Shown here: piece by piece, positions 12,801 through 24,800 of the stretch | Numbering within the stretch: the stretch's first letter is position 1 | Layout: each line of letters begins with the position of its first letter | IMG/VR virus record: IMGVR_UViG_3300026292_000006 | Coordinates: 15,968 to 79,967 of that record | Origin: a virus | Reading direction: 5' to 3' (one strand) | Length of the DNA stretch: 64,000 bases | Made by a program: the position numbers and the translations under genes | Notes under the pieces: model-generated | What the model saw: the letters and a program-made list of their open reading frames with translations, nothing else | Told to the model about the DNA's origin: nothing | Database searches by the model: none

Positions 12801-15800
12801 AGTATGAGTTGTAGAATCAGCGAAGTTATGACTTGGTACTGTAACTGTCATTACACCCGAATGTGGGTTGTATGCAGCATCAGTAGGAGTGAATGGTAGA
12901 ACTCCAACATCAATAATATCTACTGCTGTATTACCAACAGGGTCACCAGAGCGAGGATATGAATGATTAGTAGCATTACCATCTTGTGTGCAACTAAAGA
13001 TTAAGGAATTAGTCTTAAGTTGAATCTTAGTATTATTAGTAAAGTCATGTGAACCAACATTCAATACTAGGTCACCAGTGCTTGCATCGTAATCAGCATG
13101 TGATACATCGTATGCAATCTTAGGTGTAGGTCCGACATTAACAACGAATGTATTAGTCTGTACTGGCTCTCCGTTTGGACGTGAGCTGGTAGTAACACCG
13201 AATCCAGCATAATCTGCATCAGCAAAGATACCACTACCACCAGTTAAACCAGTGTTAGTCTGACCAGGTGTAGTTGCTTCACCAACAGGGGTGCCATCAA
13301 TCCACATCTTAACACGTCCTGGACCAGTACCGATGTCACCACCAACACGAATCTCAAATGATATTTCGTGGTCACCACCATCAAAGTAAGATGTTAGATT
13401 ACTAATTTGTAGGTCAAGCATTGCAAGACCAGTATCTGATGTATAAGAAGCACCACCAGAATATGAATTTGTTGCAGTACCTGCACGAAGTCTTAGATAT
13501 GTGCCACTGTCTCTGATACCTAACCAAACACCAGAAGTTGCACTACCTGCTTCAAACAATGTGCAATCTACAGGAGAGGAACTTGGAAGTGTAGTTACAA
13601 GACGGAATACAGCATCTTCATCAGGTGTAATACCAATACTACTATCTGAAGTGGAAATATTAGATTCACCGAAACTAAAGTCTCTAGTTAGGCTATTATT
13701 CATAGTGGTTGTAATACCACCACCTCCACCACCAGCACCTTGTCCAGTACCAGCTGGGTTAGAGATAAACAGTCTGTTAGTAGGCTTAGGTGTTGCGTCG
13801 TAGAATCTTTGATTTACTGAGTGACCAGCATTATTAGTAATAATCTGATCCTTCATCGCACGGATTGCATATTCTTTTGCCTTATTAACAATCCATACAG
13901 ACTCAGTTGCCTGAGATGTTACGTGTAGTAAGTTACCACCAGAGTTAACATAGAATTCTGTACCATACTGTAGGTAGTTGTTTCCACCATACTTAAGGTT
14001 GAATACCATTGCACGGAGGATATCAGTTACGTCATGGACGCAGTTGATAGGACCACCAGGAATGTTTAACGACGGGAATTGTTTAGTGCCTTCTGCAACC
14101 GCTTGTTCAGCAATATAGCGTATGTTTCCATCAATAGCATCTCCACAAAGTTTATAAACTTCTTCTCTAGGATTCTGCTCATAAGTTTCTACAGGTTTGA
14201 ATTCTGGGTTACCCTCATCATGGTAGTCTCTACCTAATGCATTACGCATTACAAGAGCACACATATCACGAAGTAGTTTAACTACAGTGATAGATGCTTC
14301 CCATTCACCTTCGATATGCTTAAGTGAGTTATCCTCTGTTTCGATATACAATGCAGCAGCATCGTATGTTTTCTCGTTACAGTCATACTGTATATCATGA
14401 CTGATAGAATCAATCATGTCAAGTACGTCATCCTCACAGTTAACAGCCCCGCCAGGAATGTTGAGTCCTTCAAACTTAGAAAGGTCATTCATGACTCCAA
14501 CAACTTCTTTAGCAATGACGTGCTTGTTACGTTGAATCATTTCAACAGCATCAAGGAATCTGTCATTTTGTGAGCGAGTTGCATAAGGGAATCCTTCATC
14601 CTCAATTACAATTGTGTCATCTCTATATGCAGTATTAGTTGTGTATAGTGGTGAATAGTAATCCTCCTGAACTTGAGCAGGAACTCCAAACTCAGCAGCA
14701 ACTTCACCTGGAGATAGAAGAAGGTTATTAAGTGCCTTCATGCAAAGCATCTTGGCAAACTCAATAGCGTCAAGCATAGGATTAATCTCATGCTCAACAT
14801 GTAAAATGTTCTGGTTGGAATCTAGGTAGTTATCGATGACATGTTGTGTCTGATAAGTACCACCTGTGCAAAGGTCATTAATTACAGCTGGGAGAATATG
14901 GTCTTTAATATCTCTCTCACAATATGGTTGACCATATCCAGGCATTTCAAGGAAATCATAATTAGTAGAATTGATTGTCTGCTGATACTTGTTCTGAATA
15001 TACTCAGCAGTTTCTTCTGCAATATAATCTCTATTCTTCCAGATCAAGACACCTGAATCTCTAAACCTAACATCGTTAGGAGCAACAACTTCAAGTAAAT
15101 CTCTACCTAATGCTTTAATATAATCCTGTACCGCAGTAGATGCAGGTGTAGAGAAGTTATTAGGTACTCTTAATTTACTTGTGTATGTACCAGCAAGATC
15201 TGAGCTTGTAGTTGTCAAGACTGTGATACAAAGGTCAACAACTTTATCCCATGTATACAATGCTTGAAGCACTTCTTCCTGAATGTGATCTAACTTACCT
15301 GAAGCAGTTAGATAAGTCCTTGCAGTATAAAGGGTATGATAGTTTCCACCTTCATGAAGGTCTTTAATGATAGCACCTAAGATGTAATCTTTAGTGTCTC
15401 TAATACATGTATTGGTACCACCGTAGAAATTAGAAGCAGGATCGTCACCTCTAATTGTAAAGTCACTAAACGTAGCCTTCATCATACCAACTGCTTCTTC
15501 AGCAATCCAAGGACCATTAAGGTCAAGGATATCTGCACAGTTTCTATATTCTTGACGACCTAAGTCAACATCTTCAATAATGATATCACGCTCATCATAA
15601 TCAACTTTCTTAGCAGTAGCAGAAGAAGTATTCTGTCCAGTGTAAGTTGCATATACAGAAGTTGTAGATACAATAAATGGTGCTTCACCATCTAATCCTA
15701 GGACAATATTAAGTTCGTTAGGATCAAATTGATTAGAAGGTGTAAATCCAGAAGAGTGGTCAGCAACACCTTTCTTAACGTAGAAGTTATCAATATGTCC

Positions 15801-18800
15801 AGTCCATCCACTTAAAGTCTGGAATGACATTCCAAGCCAGAATGGTGCATATTGGTAATCATTATTATCAGTCCAGTTAGCACCAACTTGAGCACCGTTA
15901 ACATATGCCTGAGTAACGTTAGATGATCTAACAATCTCAATATGATACCAAGTACCAGTTGTAGTGAATACGTTAGTAGAAGAGATACCTAAAGTTGTGC
16001 CATTATAAACTTTTAATTGTTGTCCATCAAAACGGACATTAAGTCCAGAGTTAACATCAAGACGACGTAAATCAAACAGATATTGAGTACCAACGTTAAC
16101 TCCTGGTCTAAACCAACCAGAGATAGTAAAGTCACCTGTACCGAAGTTATAATCGTAACTATCAGCAGCAGCGATATATCCAGATGTAGGAATGTATATT
16201 GACTTAGTTCCTGTCAATTCTGGTTTCTTAACAATCACAGACTGTGTTACAGCACCTTGGACTGTTAAGGTAGAATTGGTAATAATTTCATTTAACTGGA
16301 AGTTTCCAGTGATACCTGAGGTAAATATCCACTTAAGACCAGAGTTAGCACCAATAGAAGTAGCACTAGCACCAGATGTTACACCTTTAATTACATCACC
16401 AGTAGCAAACAATCCAGTGGACTTATCCTTATATGCAAGTTTTGTAGTTCTTACAGTCTCACCATCTTGGAATGTACCATCTGTGATGCTTGCAAGTGCA
16501 TTAACATTGGTAAGGTTACCAGCAGTCATTGCAGTAGTTGCAATACCAGCTAAGGTGTCAATATAGGTCTTAACGTTTGCACAGTTAGCAATATCCTGAT
16601 TATTACCTGTACCGTAGTTTGCATCGTAACGATGTGCAGGAGCAGTACCACCAGAGTAAGTAGTTGGGTCATTTAAGTTATATCCAATACCACTTAAATC
16701 CTTCCAATACATCAAGTTATTGATAGCACGTTTCGCCAATTCTGCTGCTTGTGTGAAAGCATGAACTGCTTCTGCTTCTTCACCAACAATACCGTTAGTT
16801 AGAGGCACACCAGCGTCATCGAAGAATTTCTTAGTGAATTCAACAATATTAAAGTTACCACCAGATCCAAGGTCGTTAGCAAGAGCATCAATCATATAAC
16901 CAAGGTCACGACGACACTTCTCTTGGTGAGGTGAATATGTGCCTTCTGTTTCATCAGGCAATTCACCAAGGTTACCATTAGTAAGAGTAGTCTCTACAAT
17001 ATTCCATAAAGTAGTAACTGCTGCTTGGACATCAGAGCAATTGTTAGCATCGGTATTTGAAGCATTACTACCGTTTGTACCGTAATCATCGCCAGGTGAA
17101 GGGTCAGCAGTAATAGTAGTGTCTTGATATGCAGTCCAAGAGTCACCAGAGTTTACAGCACTGATTGTTCCTGAATACTGGTTAGCAAGAGCAGCATTCA
17201 TTCTATCAGTCGCTTTTTCGTAAGCAAACTTAGTTTCTGCACTTTGGCCATTGATGTATGTGAAGGTGCCATTTACATCGAAGTACTGCTGACAGAACTT
17301 ACGAGTATAGCGGTTACCACCTGCATACATGTCAATTGCTAATGCATCAACGAAATATTCAATATCTCTCTTACATTTTGCATCTGAAGGAATAGAAGAG
17401 CTAGGATACTGCGTCTTCATATCATCAAATGCCATTCCAGCAATCATTGCTTTATTCTTCTGAATTAAGCGATATGCGTCTTTAAATCTACTCCAGTTGT
17501 TAGTAATAACATCTGAAGGGAAATAATAGTCAGGATAGTCAATTGCAATGCTTGCTTCGGCAAAATCGATGATTTCTTGCTTATTATTAGCAACGTTACG
17601 TTTTGCGTCTAAAAATCTGTTTCCAGCGATTCCGTGGAATGTAGAAACGGGGTTTCCATAATCTACGTCTTTAGAAACGATTCTATCGCCAACTTCGATA
17701 TTTCCGTTAGCAAGATTGGTATAAGTGATTTCTGTAGTTCTTACTTCTTCAAAATCAAGGAAATCAGCGTTAATACGCTCTTCATCATTATAAAGCTCTG
17801 TAGGAGTAATAGAAGACTGTGAAATGTCATCTAGGATAACATTTGGATTTTCAAGACTTACAAGACGCTCAAACAGTAATCCGAAGAAAGTAGACCCTCT
17901 ATTAATGATTAATTCGTCAACAACCTCAGAAGTGATAGGATCAACGTATGGAGAGATAAATGTAATCTGTCCAGCAATCTTAGAAGATGCAGAGTAGATA
18001 TACTCGTTAAGTTTAAGATCAAAGATACCAGTCTCAAATTTAGCAGTACCTGAAGTCTTAGAAACAACTAGACGGTCATTTACAACACCATCGACAACGT
18101 TAGTCTCTTCAATGATAGCAGTGTCACCTTCAAGGTTAGTAACACTTTCACCGAATCTAAAGATAGTTTCAGTGTTAACTAGAGTTACAGATTCAACTAG
18201 AGCAGAGAAGATTTCACCTCTTACAATTTCTTCGTTAAGTTGGAAGGTACCAGGACCGACATTAATAACATCAATATGATTCAATCCTGAATCAATTACA
18301 GTACCAAAAGCATCAGAGAATACACCTTGGACTGTTTGTCCTAAAGTTGGGAAAATACCGTAGTTAGATCCACCACCAGAAGTGTAAAGTGCAATTCTGT
18401 AGATAGGTGTAGGAGTAACTCCTAAGATTCTATAGTTAACTTTAGATGCTGGTTTAGGTGGCTCAGAGAATACTAAGTTAGGACCAACAACTTGATAAGA
18501 TTCACCAGGTGCCTGAATAACACCGTTAAGTGTAATCATCAACTGATTCTGTTGGACAATTACTTGCTCACCTTCAACAGTAATTGGGAATTGCTTGTCT
18601 ATACCATTAAACTGTGGTGAAATATCATCTAATTTCTTAACAATAGAAGTTAAGATTTCCTCAGAAGATGTCAAACGCTTCTTACGGAAGAGAACCTCGG
18701 TATTGTTGTAATCAGTATAGATTGGTTGTGCAGCACCAAATGATGTGATTTGGTTTACATTACTATAGTTGTTAATGTTAACCTGTTTAGTAAACTCAGT

Positions 18801-21800
18801 ACCAATCTTACGTCCAGATACGTCCTTACCACCAGTCAGTTGTAACTGACCAAACATGTTGAAACCTGCTGGGTGGTTATTCTCAAGGACTTGAGTTTTC
18901 CACTCAGTAATTGGTGTTTCAGACTTAACAACATAAGAGAAATTCTGATAGAAGAAACTATCTTGAATCTTCTGGACAATCTCAGATGGTTTACCAATAT
19001 CATCGATGAATCTACCTGGAGTTTCAGTTAGAGAACCAATATTCAATACACCACGAGCAATACTCAAGTTATCGATAATACCAGATGCTTTAGAGATAAT
19101 ACCAGTTACCTTTTCACCTGCTTTCCAATCACCAGTATAATCAACAATCTTAAGAATCTTAGGACCTATTTGCCAACCAGTATTTGTAGAAACAATACCT
19201 GTAGCAGTAGAAGTTTCAACAGTAGATCCTTGGAATACTTCTTCACCTTCAAGGAATCTGGAGGTTTCTACAACAGCAGTTGCTTTACCACCAAATACTT
19301 CAGTAAGAAGTGTCTGACGACCTTCACCTTGAGTTAGGAAGGTAATATAATCACCAGCTTGTGCTGATTGTAAAGTAAGACCAAATCTTATCTGGTCAGA
19401 TTCAAGACCTGCTGCTTCACCAGCAATAGCATAGTAAACCTGTCCTTCAACCAAACTGGTTAAACCTGCGGTACTTGGTTTTGGTAATTCACCAACTGTA
19501 GTACCAATTGTATCTGCCCTAAACTGAACTTCGGCACCAGTTGTAATACCGTGCGGGAAGTTAAATTGTAGATAATTAAGGTCTAAGTTAACAACGTAGT
19601 TAAATTCTGATTTAAGAGTAACAGTTGGTTCAGAAGAGTAACCAGAACCAGGATTCTTAATGATAATCTCATTAAGACGATTATTCTTAACAACTGCTTC
19701 AGCAGAAGCACCAGATCCACCACCACCTGTGATTACAACAGCAGGAGTTGAAGTATATCCAGAACCTGGATTTGTGATAGTAATCTGACTTAGAATTGAA
19801 GTATTAAAGAGTTGTAAGTTAACAGGGAATGTAATCTCTGGTTTTAGAGTATAGTCATGAGAATAACCGAAACCAAATTCATTATTCTTCAGTCTCTTAA
19901 TCTTACCAATATTAGTACCTGTTAAGAATACAGATGCACCTGTGCCTTCTTCTGGAATAACAACATTAACTGCACCACCAGAACCTGCTAACTGACTACC
20001 CAATATACCAGGAATAGCATCAATATCAATAGATGCAGTTGTATATCCTTTACCTGGGTCAGTTACAGCAACGTTGGTTAGTGTGCCAGATCCAACAGTA
20101 TCATCAACTTCAACGGTAACAGTACACTTAGCACCTTCACCATCTCCAGCGATAGGGACATCATAGTAAACACCTGGAGCATATTCAGTACCACCAGAGG
20201 TAATAACAACCTTCTCAATCTGTCTGAATGATGCAATGTCACTAATGATAGGTAACTTCTGATAGAAACCACCAGCAGATACCAGTTTAATACTATTGAT
20301 AGGTCCAACTGCTCTTAGAGAAGTAGTTGAATAATAGGAATATGGATTATCAAATTCGTCGTTAATTATTTCAGCTGATTGTCTCTCTGGCTCTTTAAGT
20401 AGAGGGAATTTGAATTCAGTATCACTTACAATCTCAGAGATTGCAAAGGTACCATCGAAAGGAGTTGTGATAACATCGATGAATGAATTCTCCCCAACAG
20501 GTGAATTAGCACCAACCCTAGATGGGTCAAAGTAGTAAGAGATATTAGTTACATCACCCAATACAGAGAATTTAACGAATGGGTAAGATCCACCACCAGA
20601 AGGAACACCAGGAGTACCAGACCTTTCAATGTTATTGAAAGAGTATTCTAGTTTATACTGGTTATCTTGAGAGAATGATAGGTAATATCCGAAGTTAGTT
20701 GTATCAGAGATATCAAAGACATACTGATGACTTCTAGTAAATTCTAATGTAGGATGCTTCGCATATATGTTAATGTTACTAATAGCATTAGCATTAAATG
20801 CAGGATCATCTAGTGCAACTTCTCTAATACCAAATGTAAATTCTCTAGTGCCAATTACTTGGTCAACAAAGAAACTACCATTGAATTGTAAACCTTGGAA
20901 TCCTTCAGTGAATAGAATATCACCTACTTTAAATCCATGAGCACTATTTGATGTGCAATAGATTTGATTAGTTCTGGCCGTTGCTGTGCGTATGAGGTCT
21001 TTTTCCAGACGAGCAGTAACAGTTATCTTCTTAACTGATGCAAACCCAGAGATAACAACACTCTTCTCATCTTCAGCAACAGTAACGTTACCAGAGTTAA
21101 GACTTACAACGTCTTCTGGAATATAAGTTGATCCAGGATGAATCTCTTGAATTTGGACTGAATAATTATTACCTTGGTCATAAGGAAGATGTCTTGTATA
21201 AGTGGCAATGGATTCGCTAGTAGAAACGTGACTCCAAGTTACACCACCATCTGATGCATCTCCAGTATCATGAACAGGTGGTGTAGTGCCAGCAACTCCA
21301 GCACCACCCGATGCAACGGTATAAACGTTTAGTTTATGCCAAACTTTTTGTCCTTCAACATATAGAAGACCACTATCCCATTCAGGCATATCCATGCCAA
21401 GATACTGAGGACGTGGATAAGGATGCTGAGTTAAATCAATAGTAAACTTACCTGCATCATCAATGAATGCCCAGTTGATTACGCCATCACTCTGGACACC
21501 AGCAGTATGTTCTGGAGTAATAGTACCAGAAGTACCAGCACCTTGTGCTTCGTAAATCTTCTTATCACTGTATACTCTATCACCCTGAGCATATGCTGTA
21601 CCTGCTGCCCAAGGAGATTCAGGCTCTTCAGTATTGAAATATGTACCAGCAATCTGGTTAACATCACCAACATCAGTCCTATAACGGTCTGTGTTATTGA
21701 ATGTACCGTAAATCTTACCAACTTTATACTTGGTGCCAACACCAGGATTTAATAGAGTTCCTGTTGGAACTTCTACAATGGTGCCATATGCTTGAGTTAC

Positions 21801-24800
21801 ACCAGCTGTGTTGAATTGTTGGATAATAGAACCCTTAGTCAACTTAATATCTTGACTGAAGGTAAACTCCATTACATTATCAATCTTCTGATACAATGCA
21901 TCACGCATGTAGAACTTACTGATTACATCAGCAGTAATGAGTAACTTCTTACCTTGTGGTGAAGGAATAGTAGAAGTCTTAGATGCATATTGATATTGTT
22001 TCTGCGTTAATGTGTATGTGCCAGGAATATAAGTGGAAGGTGCCTGAGACATATCCAATATCTGAAGACCACCAGGACCTGCTTCCCATAATGTAATAGC
22101 ACCAGCACTGAGAGCAACCCATGTAGTTTGAGTTGAAATATCAGTTAGAGCAAAATTAGTATACTTATCAATTCCAGTAGCAGTATATGATCCACGACGA
22201 CTGTGAAGTCTATCAAACTTAACTAAAGCAATATCAGAATCAGATGTGGTTACTGGAAGTTGGTCAGAAGGCATTGTATATGCAGCAGTAGCATATGGTG
22301 CCTTATCATCAACTACAAGGTCATCAATCCAACCAATGAATGAGTTACCAGCTACAGGTCCAGAATACTTACCAGCAATGGTCATATCCTGTAAACTAAT
22401 ATCAGATGTGCTCTGATAACTTACTTGTTGGTTACCATTAATGAATACTTCATAACGGTATAAACCAAGTGACTCTTCTCTCTTCTGGAAGGTTACATGA
22501 CACCAAGCAGCACCTGCAAATGCAGTCCAGTTAGTAGCAGAGGTAGAAACTGCAACCTCAACACTATTAACGTATAATACCCATTTCTCGAAGTTTGCAC
22601 TATTTGAATCTCCATCAAGCTCAACTTGAATAGAATCTCCAGCAATAGGAGTTAAATCAAAGAATATTGGTTTGGTATTCTGTGCAGACTGTTGTGCAGT
22701 TGCTAGAGAGAACCAACCTTGGAAAGACCACTCAGGATTTTGAAGATTATAACCTGAAAGTTTAATTGGGCAAACTGCACTTAGTTTTAGTGCGGAAGTA
22801 CCAAATCTGTAGAATGATGTATCTAATGATGCATCAGGTACAGAATAAATGTTGAATGTTGCTGTATTCTGCTTAGTGTTATCAAAGTCAATATCACCAG
22901 CAGTATCAAAACGATATGATGCTAATTGGTCAGATTGCTTACGATTAAGAGTAACAATGCAATCACCAGAGTTATCAACAACATGGTCTTTTGCTTGCCA
23001 ACCAATGTTGACTGTATCATCAACTTTAGTTTCTGAGATAATACTACCATCATACTTCATGTAATGGATGATAGAATAACGCTGATTCTGACTCTCTACT
23101 ACATCACTGATAAGAGTATAGTTGCCAAATACGTCAACACTAATACCAGCATGATTGATTGAATCAATACTACCAGAAACAGTAACAGTCTTAGTCCATT
23201 CCCATTGAGTATTAGCAGTTGCTAATGGGAATTTATTAATTTGAATGCTGTCAAACTTAGCAGCACCATTATCATAGATGTCCCAAATAAGGACAACATC
23301 TTGATATTCGTCAATAACGAAACGTGGATTTCTTACATATCCACCAGTAACAGGGACTTGACGAATCCAACTAATTTCAATGTTTGCACCATCATAATAG
23401 AAGACACCAAATAATACATCATTATTTTCTTTGTTGACACCGACAAACATAAAGTTGTCATCAGATATCCACTGAATTTGATGTAATTCCTCATCACCAT
23501 CCTCAGATGCAATCTTACGTTTCTCAACTAAGTCTCCATCCAAGTCACACTGGATAACCCACATATCATTAGGATCTGGTGAGTTAGAATCAGTATAACC
23601 TGCAAGGTAGATATTCTTATCTTGGTCTAAGCAGATAGAAGTTACCCAATCTCTACGGGTGCTACCAGAGATACCTGCAATTGCTTTCTGCCATTTGAGG
23701 ATACCATCAGGAGCATTAGCATTATTAAATCCAGACTCATATAGACCCATCCAAACATCAGGATTGAATGTAGCATTGTTGGGGTCATAATAATGTCCTG
23801 TGACATATATCATGTCATTCTCAAGACTTGAATCAAGATGCATTCTTGCAAATTCAAGTTTCTTCTGACCTACGTTTTGAGGTATTAGAGTCCTTTCCCA
23901 AATGAGCTGACCTAGGTCATCAAACTTGGCAAGGAATGCTGCCATATCACCATCAGTCTCAGTGATACTACCGCAAATATAGGTATATCGGTCAGGTGAT
24001 TGAATTGTATGATGTACATTAATTGTACCAGTTGCCTCATGGTATTCAGACAACCAATAACGAGTCTTTTTAAATTGCTGTGGATGTGATACTCTGATTT
24101 GAGGAGGATTATCTTCATCATAACCATTACCAGAGTTAATGATATTGACAGTTTCAACTTGACCTGTCATCTCACGTCTAATCTCTAGTTGAGCATCCTG
24201 TCCTTGAGGAGTGATAACCTCAAATGTTGGTGGAATATCTTCAACGTATCCACTACCTTCCTGAAGGACGTTAATTCTTTCAACACCTGCTACAACCTTA
24301 ACACGGTAGACTTTATTGGTGTTATCAATGACAGGACGTGAGTTAACAATAACTTCATCTTGTTGACGAAGCTCATGTCCCTCTGATGTAGTAATATGAC
24401 CATAGGGACGGTCACCAATCATCTCCTTATTATAAGAAACGATTTGTTGACCCTTAACAGATTCAATAAGTGCAGATGCACCAAAACCACCAGTACCTTC
24501 GTTATCGAAGAATACGGTGTCATTTACCTGATAAGATTCACCTGGATTCTCAACTACGAATCCGTCGATTTGAGCGTTTTCAAATTGGGTGGTTGTTTCA
24601 ACTTCGATGTCAACTCTGGATTCCGTTGATACAGAAGGAAAGTAATCGTATATCTGTAGCGTTGCCTCCTCCGACATTTCAAGAATTTCTTGTTGCTCAT
24701 CAGCATCAATAATTCCATCATTATTGGAGTCTTGAATTTCAAAGATTAAAGGATATCCTTCTATCTCAGTAGTAAGGACATCTGCTTCTTGGTTAGGTTG

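Noticed and set aside
4615-13160. Recurrent DNA words (e.g. GGGTCAGT..CGAGGATATG) resembling a CRISPR or satellite array
   Set aside because: They are degenerate at third codon positions, irregularly spaced and fully explained by protein repeats.
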